This document shows positions 30,637 to 40,960 of a DNA stretch of 64,000 nt, piece after piece. The stretch's first letter is position 1. Every line of letters begins with the position of its first letter. The stretch is from Candidatus Latescibacterota bacterium (GTDB lineage Bacteria > Latescibacterota > UBA2968 > UBA8231): the NCBI GenBank assembly GCA_965261395.1, contig OZ253462.1, forward strand, positions 3,904,001 through 3,968,000, written 5' to 3'. A model generated the notes under the pieces. The model was not told the origin of the DNA. It did not search any database and was given only the letters and a program-made list of their open reading frames with translations. A program made the translations under genes and the position numbers.

Positions 30637-32214
30637 CTAGACGCGATAGGCAAACAGCTTGGCGCCGAGCATGCGCACCCGGATGCCGACCGCCTCGCCG
30701 GCCGCGGAGATGTTGGAGCGACCTTGCCAAGTTACCACTCGGTCTTCGCAATCGCCCGTTAGACGGTCGCAGTCATCAAAGGTGAACCCCGGTAGCGGGT
30801 CGGCATCGGGGAGCATCAACGACGGCAGCTTCTCCAGCAATTCAATCTGAATCCAGCCGCCCGGCTCGCAGCGATAGTTGAGGCGCAGTTCGTCGTGGGC
30901 GCGGAAGAGAGAGGGCAGGGAGAAGCCGCCCTCGGCACTGGCGCGCACCCCGCAGAACCGGTGTGGCCGCCAGCGCGCCCAGCGAATCTGCTGCGGTTGC
31001 CGCGCAGGAAAGAGCTCGGGCACTTTGTCGGCGGGGCAATCGTGAATGACCGAGAAGGCCGCGTATGGACAGGCCCAGTGGCCATCGGGCAGCTCGACGA
31101 GGCCGCTGCGCCAGAAGTGGGCCATGCATTCGTCGCCCTCGCCCTCGGTACCCAGCGGCAGGATCGGTCGGCGCTCGGGACGGGACCAGTAGAGGCCATC
31201 GCGGCTGAAGGCGATCTGCCCGTCGATGGTGCTGGCGATCTGGTGGTACACGGGGATGAGCATGCCGTGCAGGTCGTCGCGGCCCGGGTACGGGAAGTAG
31301 TTGGCACCGTAAAAGCTGATGTCGGGAGGGTCTTCGGTGTCGGGGTGATGGATCAGCTTCGGCGCGGGCCAGTTGGCAAAGTCGTCGGTGCGCGAAAAGC
31401 CGATCGTGCGGATCTGCATGCCCTGTTCGAGCCGGTTGACACCAATGCCTTCGAGCAGTTCGGCGGGGTAGCCCATTAGCTGGATGTAGGCGAAGTAGTT
31501 GCCGCGATGTTCGTCGTAGCGGGCCGATATGCCGCCGTTGACCGGTCGGTACGCCAGCGGTTCTGCGAGGGGAGTCCAGTGGAGGCCGTCGGATGACGTC
31601 CAAGCGAGCATGTGGCCCGTGATTTCGGCTCTGGGACCGGTGTAGTTCTCTTGCTCCTGCTCGGCCTTGATGCGCCGGGACGGCTCCTCTCCAGACAGCT
31701 CTTCACCGCTGTCTGGATCCCACCAGTACATGCGGCCGCCCATCGCCTTGAAGCGCTCCTTGGGAGGCGCGTTGGGGTCTTCGAAGACTCCGGTAGCCCC
31801 TTTGCATGAGTTGGAGAGTAGGTTGTTGTTGGACGAGCCGTTGAATTCGGCCTCGTTGAGGACGGATCGCGTCCAGCTATACGCATCGTCGCTGACCGCG
31901 TAACACTGGCCGCCCTCGCTGTCGTAGAGCAAGTGATAGCGCCCGTCCCGCTGCCAGATGTAGAGCGGCGAGACGTGGGTGCCTTCCCACTCCATTGCCG
32001 CCTGCAGGATCGGCTCGGACTTAATGGCCTCCTCGATCTCAAAGCGGATGCCAAGCGGGGCGTCATAAAGTTCCAGCTCACCGTGCCGACTGGAGCCACG
32101 GTGTCCTGGAAAGACGTCGATCATGTCAACCAGCGGACTCCAGGCGCCCGTGTTCAGGCGAATGCGGGGCGGGCGGCGTCTGGGAGCCTTTTTTTCGTTG
32201 CTGCGATCAGTCAT
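30637..32214 (-). CDS. Hypothetical protein, probable 5-bladed beta-propeller glycoside hydrolase-like fold
   Basis: YAVSDDAYSW, SSDGLHW, SRTDDFANW and FSRDGLYW repeats; C-terminal ELRLNY...IRVRM..AKLFAY. Confidence 0.6.
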   Translation of the reverse strand: MTDRSNEKKAPRRRPPRIRLNTGAWSPLVDMIDVFPGHRGSSRHGELELYDAPLGIRFEIEEAIKSEPILQAAMEWEGTHVSPLYIWQRDGRYHLLYDSEGGQCYAVSDDAYSWTRSVLNEAEFNGSSNNNLLSNSCKGATGVFEDPNAPPKERFKAMGGRMYWWDPDSGEELSGEEPSRRIKAEQEQENYTGPRAEITGHMLAWTSSDGLHWTPLAEPLAYRPVNGGISARYDEHRGNYFAYIQLMGYPAELLEGIGVNRLEQGMQIRTIGFSRTDDFANWPAPKLIHHPDTEDPPDISFYGANYFPYPGRDDLHGMLIPVYHQIASTIDGQIAFSRDGLYWSRPERRPILPLGTEGEGDECMAHFWRSGLVELPDGHWACPYAAFSVIHDCPADKVPELFPARQPQQIRWARWRPHRFCGVRASAEGGFSLPSLFRAHDELRLNYRCEPGGWIQIELLEKLPSLMLPDADPLPGFTFDDCDRLTGDCEDRVVTWQGRSNISAAGEAVGIRVRMLGAKLFAYRV

Positions 32215-32415
32215 CGGGGCAATCTCTCGGTGAGGGTGGCAGTGTAGTGGACCCGGAAGACTGGATCACTGGTTAAGGTGAAACTATCTTACCGGGGAAG
32301 GACCGGGTCCACCTCCATATCGGTTGAAAGATAAGATATCCATTTGCCTTTCAACAAGGCACCCGATCCTGTGCAGACATCCCGCCCTCCTTGCCTCTGC
32401 TGAAAGGAAAATCCC

Positions 32416-33681
32416 ATGAAAGTCACCAATGTCGAACGCATTATCGTCGATGTCCCGTTCACGCCTAGACAGCAGGAGATAACCCGCCAGTCGGTTTACA
32501 ACTGGTCCATCCTCGAGCTGTGTAAGGTCACCACCGACACGGGCCACGTAGGCTGGGGAGAGACCGTCATTCACTATACCTACGGCCGGGTGACCGATGA
32601 TGCGGTTGCGCGCACAATCGGCCAAAGCCCGGCCGACCTGATGAACGAAGACAGCTTAGGTGCTGGTTTGCAGATGGCGCTGTTGGACGTGGTCGGCAAG
32701 ATACTCGAAGTCCCGGTGCACCGGCTGCTGGGTACCAAAATGCGCGACTGGACGCCGATCTCTTGGTGGTGCAGTCACTCCTCACCGGAAAATTGGGCCG
32801 CCGAAGCAGCCGAGGCCGTGGCGCAAGGGTACACCAATCTCAAGAACAAACCGAGGCCCTGGAACGACATCGTCGCGCAAGTTGACGCCGTAAGCAAGGT
32901 GGTGCCCCCTCATTTCCATCTCGATCTCGATCCCAACGGCTCCTGGGAAAACGCGGCCAACGCCATTCCGATCATCAAGAGGCTCGAGCGCTACGAAAAC
33001 GTGGCCATGTTCGAAACGCCCATCCCGCAGGAGGACATTCTCGGCAATCGCCAGATTCGCCAGGCCGTGAACAGGCCGGTGGCCATGCACTTTGGTTCGC
33101 CGCCGTTTATCACGGCGGTGCGCGAGGAAGTTTGCGACGGCTTTGTGATTGGGGGCGGAAAATCACTGACCATGCGCCAGGGGCAATGCGCCGCGGAAGT
33201 TTCCATGCCGTTCTGGTTGCAGATCGTCGGCAATGGATTGACGACCACGTGGGACGCCCATCTCGGCTCGGTGCTAACGCACGCCCGGTGGCCGGCTATT
33301 AGCTGTATCAATATGTACAGCCACCATCTACTGACCGAGCCTGTTCAGGTGATCAACGGGCACCAGCGGGTCCCCGACGGGCCTGGCCTCGGCGTCGAGG
33401 TTGATGAGGCGGCGGTTGAGCAATACCGCGTGCGGCAGGAGACGCTCGATGAACATGCGCGTCAGGGGCAGCTCTACACCCACCCCAAACCGCGGCTGAT
33501 CAACACCATCGTCTACCCGGACGGCACCTGCATACACATGGACTACCCCAGCGCGCCGGGAACCTATGTGGAGGGAGTGCACACCGAAATCTGGGAGGAC
33601 GATGGCTCGCAAGAATGGCAGAACCTGCACCAGCGCGTCCAAAAGGAGAAGCAGGTGGTCAGTCGGTGGGAGGAGCCGTAG
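32416..33681 (+). CDS. Mandelate racemase/muconate lactonizing enzyme (enolase superfamily)
   Basis: TDTGHVGWGE, ALLDVVGK, KNK, LDPN, FETP, PDGPGLGVEVDE. Confidence 0.88.
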   Translation: MKVTNVERIIVDVPFTPRQQEITRQSVYNWSILELCKVTTDTGHVGWGETVIHYTYGRVTDDAVARTIGQSPADLMNEDSLGAGLQMALLDVVGKILEVPVHRLLGTKMRDWTPISWWCSHSSPENWAAEAAEAVAQGYTNLKNKPRPWNDIVAQVDAVSKVVPPHFHLDLDPNGSWENAANAIPIIKRLERYENVAMFETPIPQEDILGNRQIRQAVNRPVAMHFGSPPFITAVREEVCDGFVIGGGKSLTMRQGQCAAEVSMPFWLQIVGNGLTTTWDAHLGSVLTHARWPAISCINMYSHHLLTEPVQVINGHQRVPDGPGLGVEVDEAAVEQYRVRQETLDEHARQGQLYTHPKPRLINTIVYPDGTCIHMDYPSAPGTYVEGVHTEIWEDDGSQEWQNLHQRVQKEKQVVSRWEEP

Positions 33682-33718
33682 CGACTGTCTCCCGAAAGAG
33701 CCGGCGATTCCTCGACGA

Positions 33719-35389
33719 TTAGCTGGTCACCGCCCCTTGGGCCGCCGACGACACCGAGCGGGCGTATTTGGCCATCACGCCGGAGGTGTAGCGCGGCGGC
33801 GGGGCCTCCCAGGCGGCTAGGCGGGCCTGAAGCTCAGCTTCGTCTAGCGCTACGTCCAAACGGCCGGTCGTGGTGTCGATGGTGATGGTATCGCCGTCGT
33901 GCAGGACGGCGAGGGGGCCGCCCACCGCGGCTTCGGGAGCGACGTGGCCAATCATCAGGCCGCGGGTGGCACCCGAAAAGCGGCCATCGGTGACTAAGGC
34001 TACGGAGTCGCCCAGACCCGCTCCCACAATGGCACCGGTGACGGCTAGCATCTCGCGCATCCCAGGCCCACCCTTGGGTCCTTCGTAGCGGATAACCACC
34101 ACATCGCCGGGCTGGATCTGGCCCTGCTCAATGGCTGGCATGACCTCGTCCTCGCTGTCGAAGACGCGGGCCGGGCCTTGGTGCTGGGCGCGTTCGTGGC
34201 CGGCCAATTTCACCACTGCGCCTTCGGGGGCGAGGTTGCCCTTTAGCACGACTAACCCACCCGATTTTTTCAGCGGTTTATCGACTGGAACCACGACCTG
34301 CTGGCCGGGGGTTTCCACGGCGCGGTCGGCTTCTTGGCCAATGGTGCGGCCCGATACCGTGAGGGCGTCCTCGTGCAACAGGCCGGTTTCTTTGAGGCGG
34401 CGGGCCACCAAGGCGATGCCGCCGGCTTTGTCCAAGTCGGGGGCGACGAAGCGGCCGCCGGGCTTGAGATCGACCATGAGTGGGGTGGAGCTGCTCAAGG
34501 TCTGGAAATCCTCAAGGTCCAATTCCAATCCGGCCTCCCGGGCGATGGCCAGAAAATGCAGCACGCCGTTGGTCGAGCCGCCGGTGGTGGCAATGGAGCG
34601 GATGGCGTTGTCGAGGGCGGGGCGGGTGATGATCTGCGAGGGTTTGCGATTTTGGCGCACCAAGTCGACGGCTAGGGTCCCGACTTGGGTGCCGACGGCT
34701 TCCTTGCGCGGGTCGGTGGCCGGTACCGAGCCCGAGCCCATGAGGGCCACGCCCAAGATCTCGGCTGCAGTGGCCATGGTATTGGCGGTGAATTGACCGC
34801 CGCAGGACCCGGCTCCGGGGCAGGCGTTTTCCTCGATGAGGCGCAATTGGTCGTCGTCGATGCGGCCGGTGGCATGGGCGCCGATGGCTTCGTACACGTC
34901 TTGGATGGTGATGTCGGCTTGGTTGTGGCGGCCGGGCATAATCGAGCCGCCGTAGAGCAGCACCGAGGGGATGTCCAAGCGGCACATGGCCATAATGGCC
35001 CCTGGGGTGGTTTTGTCGCAGCCGGTGAGGGCGACAAAGCCGTCGAGCATGTGACCGCGCACCACCAGTTCCATGGAGTCGGCGATGACTTCGCGCGAAA
35101 TGAGCGAGGTCTTCATGCCTTCGGTACCCATGGTGATGCCGTCGGAGATCACCACCGTATTGAATTCGAGGGGGGTGCCGCCGGCACGGCGGATGCCGGC
35201 CTTGACGTGCTCGGCTAGGCGGCGCAGGCCAAAATTGCAGGGGCCCAGTTCGGTCCAGGTATTGGCGATGCCGATGAGGGGTTTGCGCAGGGCCTCGGCG
35301 TCGAAGCCGGCGGCCCGGTACATGGCGCGGGCTCCGGCCCGGGACGGGCCTTGGGTGATGTGCTTGCTGATGGGGGTGGAGTCGGTCAT
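33719..35389 (-). CDS. ilvD: Dihydroxy-acid dehydratase
   Basis: PCN, SDGITMG, GCDKT, CGGQFTANTM, GGSTN, YEGPKGGPGMREM, TDGRFSG. Confidence 0.95.
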   Translation of the reverse strand: MTDSTPISKHITQGPSRAGARAMYRAAGFDAEALRKPLIGIANTWTELGPCNFGLRRLAEHVKAGIRRAGGTPLEFNTVVISDGITMGTEGMKTSLISREVIADSMELVVRGHMLDGFVALTGCDKTTPGAIMAMCRLDIPSVLLYGGSIMPGRHNQADITIQDVYEAIGAHATGRIDDDQLRLIEENACPGAGSCGGQFTANTMATAAEILGVALMGSGSVPATDPRKEAVGTQVGTLAVDLVRQNRKPSQIITRPALDNAIRSIATTGGSTNGVLHFLAIAREAGLELDLEDFQTLSSSTPLMVDLKPGGRFVAPDLDKAGGIALVARRLKETGLLHEDALTVSGRTIGQEADRAVETPGQQVVVPVDKPLKKSGGLVVLKGNLAPEGAVVKLAGHERAQHQGPARVFDSEDEVMPAIEQGQIQPGDVVVIRYEGPKGGPGMREMLAVTGAIVGAGLGDSVALVTDGRFSGATRGLMIGHVAPEAAVGGPLAVLHDGDTITIDTTTGRLDVALDEAELQARLAAWEAPPPRYTSGVMAKYARSVSSAAQGAVTS

Positions 35390-35627
35390 GGCGCGTGCTT
35401 TCTATGGCAGATTGAGGATGAATTGCGGTTCGTCAAAATCTGAGTGTTATAACATAAATCACTTTTGGGCGGGGGAACAAAAGCCGGCGGAGTAGCGTCT
35501 GAGTTTTACCCCGTCAACTAGGGGCGAAACTTTGCTGCTGGACTCTGTTCACTGTGCTGCGAATGCTGTTTCGGAGTACCTTTATCGCTGTTGCGGTATT
35601 GCCCTTTGCCCTTCAAAGGAGGTCGTC

Positions 35628-36350
35628 ATGCACCAGTTTCTGTCGTCTATCGCGTTCCTCTACCTGCTTGCCCTGCCGCTCGCCGCCCAAGAAGAGGCCC
35701 TTCATGGCACTTGGGAGGGGACCTTTGTCGATGATGAAATCGGCGGGGGGACCATGCGCCTGACCTTCCAAGCGGATGGCACCTTTGACTTTGATCTGTT
35801 CGTCGAGGAACCAATAGACCCCCTGACCGGTGATGAAGTCGAAGTCCCGGATGAACTCTTGGATGAATTGACGGAAGTTATAGAAGTGTTCTCTGCCCTA
35901 GAGGGGATCTCCGCCCACGGCGGCACGTATCAAGTCTCGGGCGACAGCCTCTGGGTATATAATGATAGCGTGGTCGAATACATCGTCGATGGTGAGAGCG
36001 TCGACGTCGTCGAGTTCTGGACTCCGTTCATCCGCTTCTCTGCCCGTTTTTTTGCGGCATTTGCTGCGGCGTTTGAAGAAGTCTCCGAAGAGGACTACCC
36101 GGCGTTTGAACAGGCGATTTTCGACCAGATGCTCGCTGAGATGCTCGCTGAGTTAGATGAGGAACCGCTCGGACTCGGACTCACGCTGAGCGGCACCTAC
36201 GCCATCGAGGGTGCCACTCTGTTCATCACTACTACTACGGAGGAGGATGGGGTCGAAACCGTCGAAACCGTGGAATTCCACCGAGTTGATGTCGCCAGCG
36301 CTGTCGCCCAAACTAGCTGGGGCAGTCTGAAAGCGGCTTGGCGTCGGTGA
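35628..36350 (+). CDS. Acidic secreted hypothetical protein with a C-terminal SWGSLK motif
   Basis: RBS AAGGAGG, signal peptide (LLALPLAA-Q), ends VASAVAQTSWGSLKAAWRR. Confidence 0.75.
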   Translation: MHQFLSSIAFLYLLALPLAAQEEALHGTWEGTFVDDEIGGGTMRLTFQADGTFDFDLFVEEPIDPLTGDEVEVPDELLDELTEVIEVFSALEGISAHGGTYQVSGDSLWVYNDSVVEYIVDGESVDVVEFWTPFIRFSARFFAAFAAAFEEVSEEDYPAFEQAIFDQMLAEMLAELDEEPLGLGLTLSGTYAIEGATLFITTTTEEDGVETVETVEFHRVDVASAVAQTSWGSLKAAWRR

Positions 36351-36399
36351 GCTTCCCTTAGCATCGCTCCTACAATTGAAGTTCTAGCCGTGGTCTGCT

Positions 36400-37431
36400 T
36401 CAGTCGATAAGTACTTTTTCGCGGCGTTGGGCGCTGTCGTACAAGGCGTCGAGTATTTGCATGAAGTGATAGGCGTCTTGGGCATCGACATCGGCTTTGA
36501 CTTGGCCGGCTACGGCGCGGGCGAAGTGTTCGATTTCGTGGTAGAAGAACAGGCCGTCCGCGGGCGGTTGGGTGTGGGGCATATCCGATTCTGCGGCGGC
36601 TTCCCGCGCGGTGAATTGCCCGTCTTCCCAGTGCCATATAACCCCCTGAGATAGGGCACCCTCGCTGCCGTATAATTCCACGGTCGTGGGGGTGTCGCAG
36701 TGCAGCCAGCGCGAGCAGTCTATCTGGATGGTCTTGTCGCCTTCCAGGCCGACCAAGCCGGAAAAATAATCTTCGGCCGCGCCCTCGGGGCCGTGGTACA
36801 GCGGCTCAAGGGTATGCTTGACGGCAAAGGCCCACTGCGGCTTGGGACAGCCCATCCACCACCAAGCTAGGTCGAGTTCGTGCGAGGCGTGCTGGCCTAG
36901 GGCACCGCCCTTGTGACCATACACATTGGTCCAGCCTTCAAAGCTGTCGGCCGACGGGTGCGAATTGAATTTGAGGAAAATGCGGGCGTGGTACGGCTCG
37001 CCGATGCAGCCTCCTTGTACTGCGACACGCAATTTGCGGTTGTGGGGAAAGTGGCGCATGAAGTAGCAGAATTGCAGCGTGGTGCCAGCGCGCTCGGCGG
37101 CCGCGGCGAATTCCAAGATGTGCGCGGCCCGCACCGCGTGCGGCTTTTGCACCAAGACGTGTTTGCCGGCGGCAAAAGCGTCCATGACCATGAGGTAGCG
37201 AGCGGGCGGATTGACGGCTAGGTACACAGCCTGCACTTGGTCGTCGGCCAGCAGGTCTTGGTAGGGGCCGTATTGGCGCGGTACACTTTCTTCGCTGGCG
37301 ACGCGGTTGCGGCGCGGCTCGTCTAGATCGGCCAAAGCAACGACATCGACTAGGGAGCTGGCCTGCGCCGCTTTGACGGCCTGCTGGCCGGCCCAGCCGC
37401 AGCCGACGACGCCGAGTTTGAGCAGTTCCAT
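36400..37431 (-). CDS. Gfo/Idh/MocA oxidoreductase
   Basis: GVVGCGWAG, GKHVLVQKP, GGAL...HELD. Confidence 0.9.
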   Translation of the reverse strand: MELLKLGVVGCGWAGQQAVKAAQASSLVDVVALADLDEPRRNRVASEESVPRQYGPYQDLLADDQVQAVYLAVNPPARYLMVMDAFAAGKHVLVQKPHAVRAAHILEFAAAAERAGTTLQFCYFMRHFPHNRKLRVAVQGGCIGEPYHARIFLKFNSHPSADSFEGWTNVYGHKGGALGQHASHELDLAWWWMGCPKPQWAFAVKHTLEPLYHGPEGAAEDYFSGLVGLEGDKTIQIDCSRWLHCDTPTTVELYGSEGALSQGVIWHWEDGQFTAREAAAESDMPHTQPPADGLFFYHEIEHFARAVAGQVKADVDAQDAYHFMQILDALYDSAQRREKVLID

Positions 37432-37437
37432 TATTCC

Positions 37438-38259
37438 TCATTCCTCCAGCCATTGGTGATAGCGCGTCAGGGCTTCTGCCTGCAGGTCGTCCCACTCGGT
37501 CAGGAGTACCAAGCGAATGGTGAACGTCAGGTGTTGGCCAGCTTGGACATCGTCGCCGCCCAAGTGGAAGTACTGGGCGTTGTGATAGCTGTTGTAACCC
37601 GACAGGCCCAGGCAGTCAGCGGGCCGCGCCATGAGTAGAATGGCGTGGCCGTAGCGGTGCTCTTGCAGAGTCAGGGCATGGGCGTAGTACGGCCCCCGAC
37701 GCCAGTTGAGAGGATAGCCGTCGAGCCAGCGGCCGTCGCGGAACACGGCTTCGGCGTCTTCATCGCGCGCCCACGATTCGGCCTCATTGCGGCCGTACCA
37801 CTGCTTTTGGTACCAAGTGACGCCTTCGGGGTGGGTGCGGTCGTCCTGCACGGGAAAGTACGGCGTGTAGTGGGGGGTAAAATAATTGGCGATAAAGAGT
37901 TCAAAACGTCGATAATCGGCTGCTAGGCGGGCGCTGAAGGTGGCGTCGAGGCTATCGGGTCCAGCGATGCGGTAGCGCGCTTGCAATTCGGCTTGCACCG
38001 CAGGGCAGGTCGCCCAGCGCACCGCGACGCTATCGCCTTCCTGGGCCACCTGATCTGGGGTGCGCTCGCGCGTGATTTCGAGTTGGCGGCCGTCGGCTAG
38101 GGTGCGGTAGATATTGAGCCAAGCAAAGTCGGGCCCCTCGTCGAGGTGAAAGCTGGTCAGGCCGGTCAGACGCAAGCCCTCGGGGCCGAGGACGGTGGCG
38201 ATACCTCGACCCAGAGGGGCTTGGAAAAGAGCGGGACGGGAGACGCGGGCAAAGGCCAT
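37438..38259 (-). CDS. Hypothetical protein (beta-rich), co-transcribed with the oxidoreductase
   Basis: 273-aa ORF with GC-rich codon usage, 6 nt upstream of the next gene. Confidence 0.7.
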   Translation of the reverse strand: MAFARVSRPALFQAPLGRGIATVLGPEGLRLTGLTSFHLDEGPDFAWLNIYRTLADGRQLEITRERTPDQVAQEGDSVAVRWATCPAVQAELQARYRIAGPDSLDATFSARLAADYRRFELFIANYFTPHYTPYFPVQDDRTHPEGVTWYQKQWYGRNEAESWARDEDAEAVFRDGRWLDGYPLNWRRGPYYAHALTLQEHRYGHAILLMARPADCLGLSGYNSYHNAQYFHLGGDDVQAGQHLTFTIRLVLLTEWDDLQAEALTRYHQWLEE

Positions 38260-38441
38260 ACAATCCTCATTTCACAGGTAAAAGTTGCCGTTCGGAGAAC
38301 TCGTTCCAGCCGAAGCCGTCATGCGATCCGCCTGTTCACCGGCCGGAAGCAATTGCGTTTGTAGGGTAAGTTTACATTGATTACTCAAGTGAGCAAGAAA
38401 AAGGAAGAGCTTTTACAGACCATCCCTTAAGGAATAATCCG

Positions 38442-39485
38442 ATGAAATTCATCTACTTCACCGACATTCACCTCGACTCCGGGATAGACGCCTTCCGGGG
38501 ATTTGAGTTGTGTGTGGAATCGATGCTGGAGCATCAGCCTGAAGTCCTGATCAATGGCGGCGACTTGGGCCTCACGCCCGAGGTGCTAGCGCAATACGCC
38601 CAGACCATGGAGAGGGTATCTGTGCCGGTGCTGTTGAGCCACGGCAACCACGAGATGTGCAGCGGTTATCTGCCTCGGGAGCAAGGGGGGACGGCGCACG
38701 CCAGCGCCGATATTAGCGGCGTCCATTTTGTGCTGCTGGACGTGGTGCGCTATTTCGAGCCGACCGAGGATCATCCGTCCAACTGGCACGTCTTGGCCGA
38801 CGAGGGTCTGTTGGAGTGGCTGGCCGCGGATTTGGCGGAGGTGGACCGGGCTACGTCACTGGTGGTGGCCAGCCACGTGCCTCTATCGACGACCTTTCCA
38901 CAGCGCTCGGGTCAGGTGCCGGACATGGCCTTTCCCACCAATGAGATTGCCGGGGCGCGGCGCTTGCTGACGCTATTGCAGCCCTTTGAGCGGGTGATCA
39001 CCTTGCACGGCCACAGCCACGAAAACGACCGCCACTTCGTCGGCTCTATGGAGGTTATGACCACCGCGGCGGTGGCGGGCAATTGGTGGAGGACGGGGCT
39101 GGAAAGCCGCGGCCCGCAAGGACGCGAACCGCAGGGATATCGGGTGGTCGAGGTCGATGCGGAAGGGGGTTTCAGGAGCCAGTATCACGCCTTCCAGCCA
39201 CACCAGGACGAGGCGGTGGAACTGTGTCGGCATCAGGATTCGGGTCGCCGCTTTGTCAATGTGTTCGATGGTTCGCCGCGCACGCAGGTTGAGGTGGGGG
39301 ACTTGGGGCCATTAGCCCCGATCGATCCGCTGGCCGAATCGTCGCGCGATCTGGCGACGCATCTGTGGGAGTTGCCGACCGATTTTGATCGGCAGCAGGT
39401 GGAGGTGCGGGTGGTCTTTGAGGATGGGCGGGCGTGCGAAGGGGTGCTGGAGGAGCGGGTGTGGGAGTCAGCTACCCAAGCCTAA
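38442..39485 (+). CDS. Calcineurin-like metallophosphoesterase
   Basis: TDIH, GGD, GNHE, SHVP, GHSH. Confidence 0.9.
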   Translation: MKFIYFTDIHLDSGIDAFRGFELCVESMLEHQPEVLINGGDLGLTPEVLAQYAQTMERVSVPVLLSHGNHEMCSGYLPREQGGTAHASADISGVHFVLLDVVRYFEPTEDHPSNWHVLADEGLLEWLAADLAEVDRATSLVVASHVPLSTTFPQRSGQVPDMAFPTNEIAGARRLLTLLQPFERVITLHGHSHENDRHFVGSMEVMTTAAVAGNWWRTGLESRGPQGREPQGYRVVEVDAEGGFRSQYHAFQPHQDEAVELCRHQDSGRRFVNVFDGSPRTQVEVGDLGPLAPIDPLAESSRDLATHLWELPTDFDRQQVEVRVVFEDGRACEGVLEERVWESATQA

Positions 39486-39534
39486 AGGCAAAGAGCTTGT
39501 CCCTGCTTTTCCCAGCCGCTCTAACATCCAGCGG

Positions 39535-40884
39535 CTAAGGCTTTCGTAGTTCCACCACAGCTTCATGGAGTTGGTGGGCGTCTTTGGCCTTGGCGACTCG
39601 TACATCGGACTTAATGATGCTGTTGCCCACGCGGGTGGCTCTAGGTATATGGATATCTACCAGTTCTAGCCCGGCGGCTTCAGCAATCGTACCCAGAAAG
39701 CGGTCCGTAGGCACCATTATTCCTTGCAGGATGCTGTTGCCGATCACCGCCAAGGCTGTTCCACCTGGCTTGAGCGCGTAATGAGCTGATTCGGAGAAGC
39801 GGTAGCAATCATTGAAGTACGAGGCGGCGTAATTGGCCCAGCCGTTGCCGCCGTACACGCCTTTTTCCGGGTGTTTTTTTCGTAGCGTCTCCAAGCATCC
39901 TTGGATTTCTAGATCATCTAGTTCAAAGTCGAGGTCTACGCACTCCTTATCCCGGACCGTTTGCCAGAATTTGCCAAAATTTTGCTCTTCTAGTGGCTTG
40001 AGGTCGCGGGGGGCCTCTGCAAATCCCAACCAGTAGAGGTGAGGCCGGGTATTGCGGTTGTAGTGATAGTTGTTCAAATAGGGGGGCGAGGTGATGAGCA
40101 CATCTACTGAGGCGGCGGCAAGGTGGTCTTTGCAGGTAAAGAAAGACTCGGGAAATACCTCGTTGTCGGGATGTGCGCCGTTCAACTGTCCCTTCATCCA
40201 CTCGATATCCTGGGCCATATCCGTGAGTTTCTGAGCAATCGTCTCTCCCACGGGAAAATCCTCAATATCAGCTTTGCCAGCCGTAGATCTGCGGCCCAGA
40301 CTCGGCTCGTAGGAGTAATTCGAGTAGGTGATCATGGTTGCCCCAAAGGCAACCCGAAAGAGGTCTTGTAACAGGCCGTCTTCTAGATCCGCTATGAAGT
40401 CCTGCACGCCGAGCACTTTGTGCAGGACTTTGGGGCTGTAGAATACGCCTCGGGTTTTAAAACCTGGCGGTGGGGTACTGTGCGGTGTGTAGGTGTCCTC
40501 AGACGCCAATTCGTAGAATGTCCAGAACCTCGTGAGCATTGCCCGCACGGTCTGTGGATCGAGGGTACAGGCATTCAGTTTGGTCCGGCAGGCTAGCGCC
40601 GCATAGGGATTGATCTCAAATCCTAGGGCATGATGTCCTGAGAGGATGGCTTCGACTAGGGTCGTCCCTACTCCGGCGAAAGGATCAAGCACCGTCCCCT
40701 GAGTTGGCAGATAGCGCTTGAGGGCGTCCTGGACAAACTGCTGAGAGTATCCGGCAATCCACGGCACCCAGCGGTGGATGGGAAGACGCTTGTTGCCGGA
40801 AAAGGCCGGGTCACTGAAAACCGAGCCGTTATCCGTCGCGTCCTTCTCATTGAACAACGACGCCTGTGATACTCTATGCTCCAT
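39535..40884 (-). CDS. Orphan DNA methyltransferase, probably N4-cytosine, alpha motif order
   Basis: VLDPFAGVGTT (motif I) precedes ITSPPY (motif IV). No endonuclease gene adjacent. Confidence 0.85.
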   Translation of the reverse strand: MEHRVSQASLFNEKDATDNGSVFSDPAFSGNKRLPIHRWVPWIAGYSQQFVQDALKRYLPTQGTVLDPFAGVGTTLVEAILSGHHALGFEINPYAALACRTKLNACTLDPQTVRAMLTRFWTFYELASEDTYTPHSTPPPGFKTRGVFYSPKVLHKVLGVQDFIADLEDGLLQDLFRVAFGATMITYSNYSYEPSLGRRSTAGKADIEDFPVGETIAQKLTDMAQDIEWMKGQLNGAHPDNEVFPESFFTCKDHLAAASVDVLITSPPYLNNYHYNRNTRPHLYWLGFAEAPRDLKPLEEQNFGKFWQTVRDKECVDLDFELDDLEIQGCLETLRKKHPEKGVYGGNGWANYAASYFNDCYRFSESAHYALKPGGTALAVIGNSILQGIMVPTDRFLGTIAEAAGLELVDIHIPRATRVGNSIIKSDVRVAKAKDAHQLHEAVVELRKP

Positions 40885-40912
40885 CCTGACCCTTTCTTAG
40901 CCTTTATCAAAC

Positions 40913-40941
40913 ATTGTCAGAATCCCATGAAACCTCGTCAA
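40913..40941 (-). promoter_or_regulatory. Putative sigma70 promoter of the methylase
   Basis: Minus strand TTGACG-17 nt-GACAAT. Confidence 0.45.
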
Positions 40942-40960
40942 CCCTTGCGAGGCATTGAGA

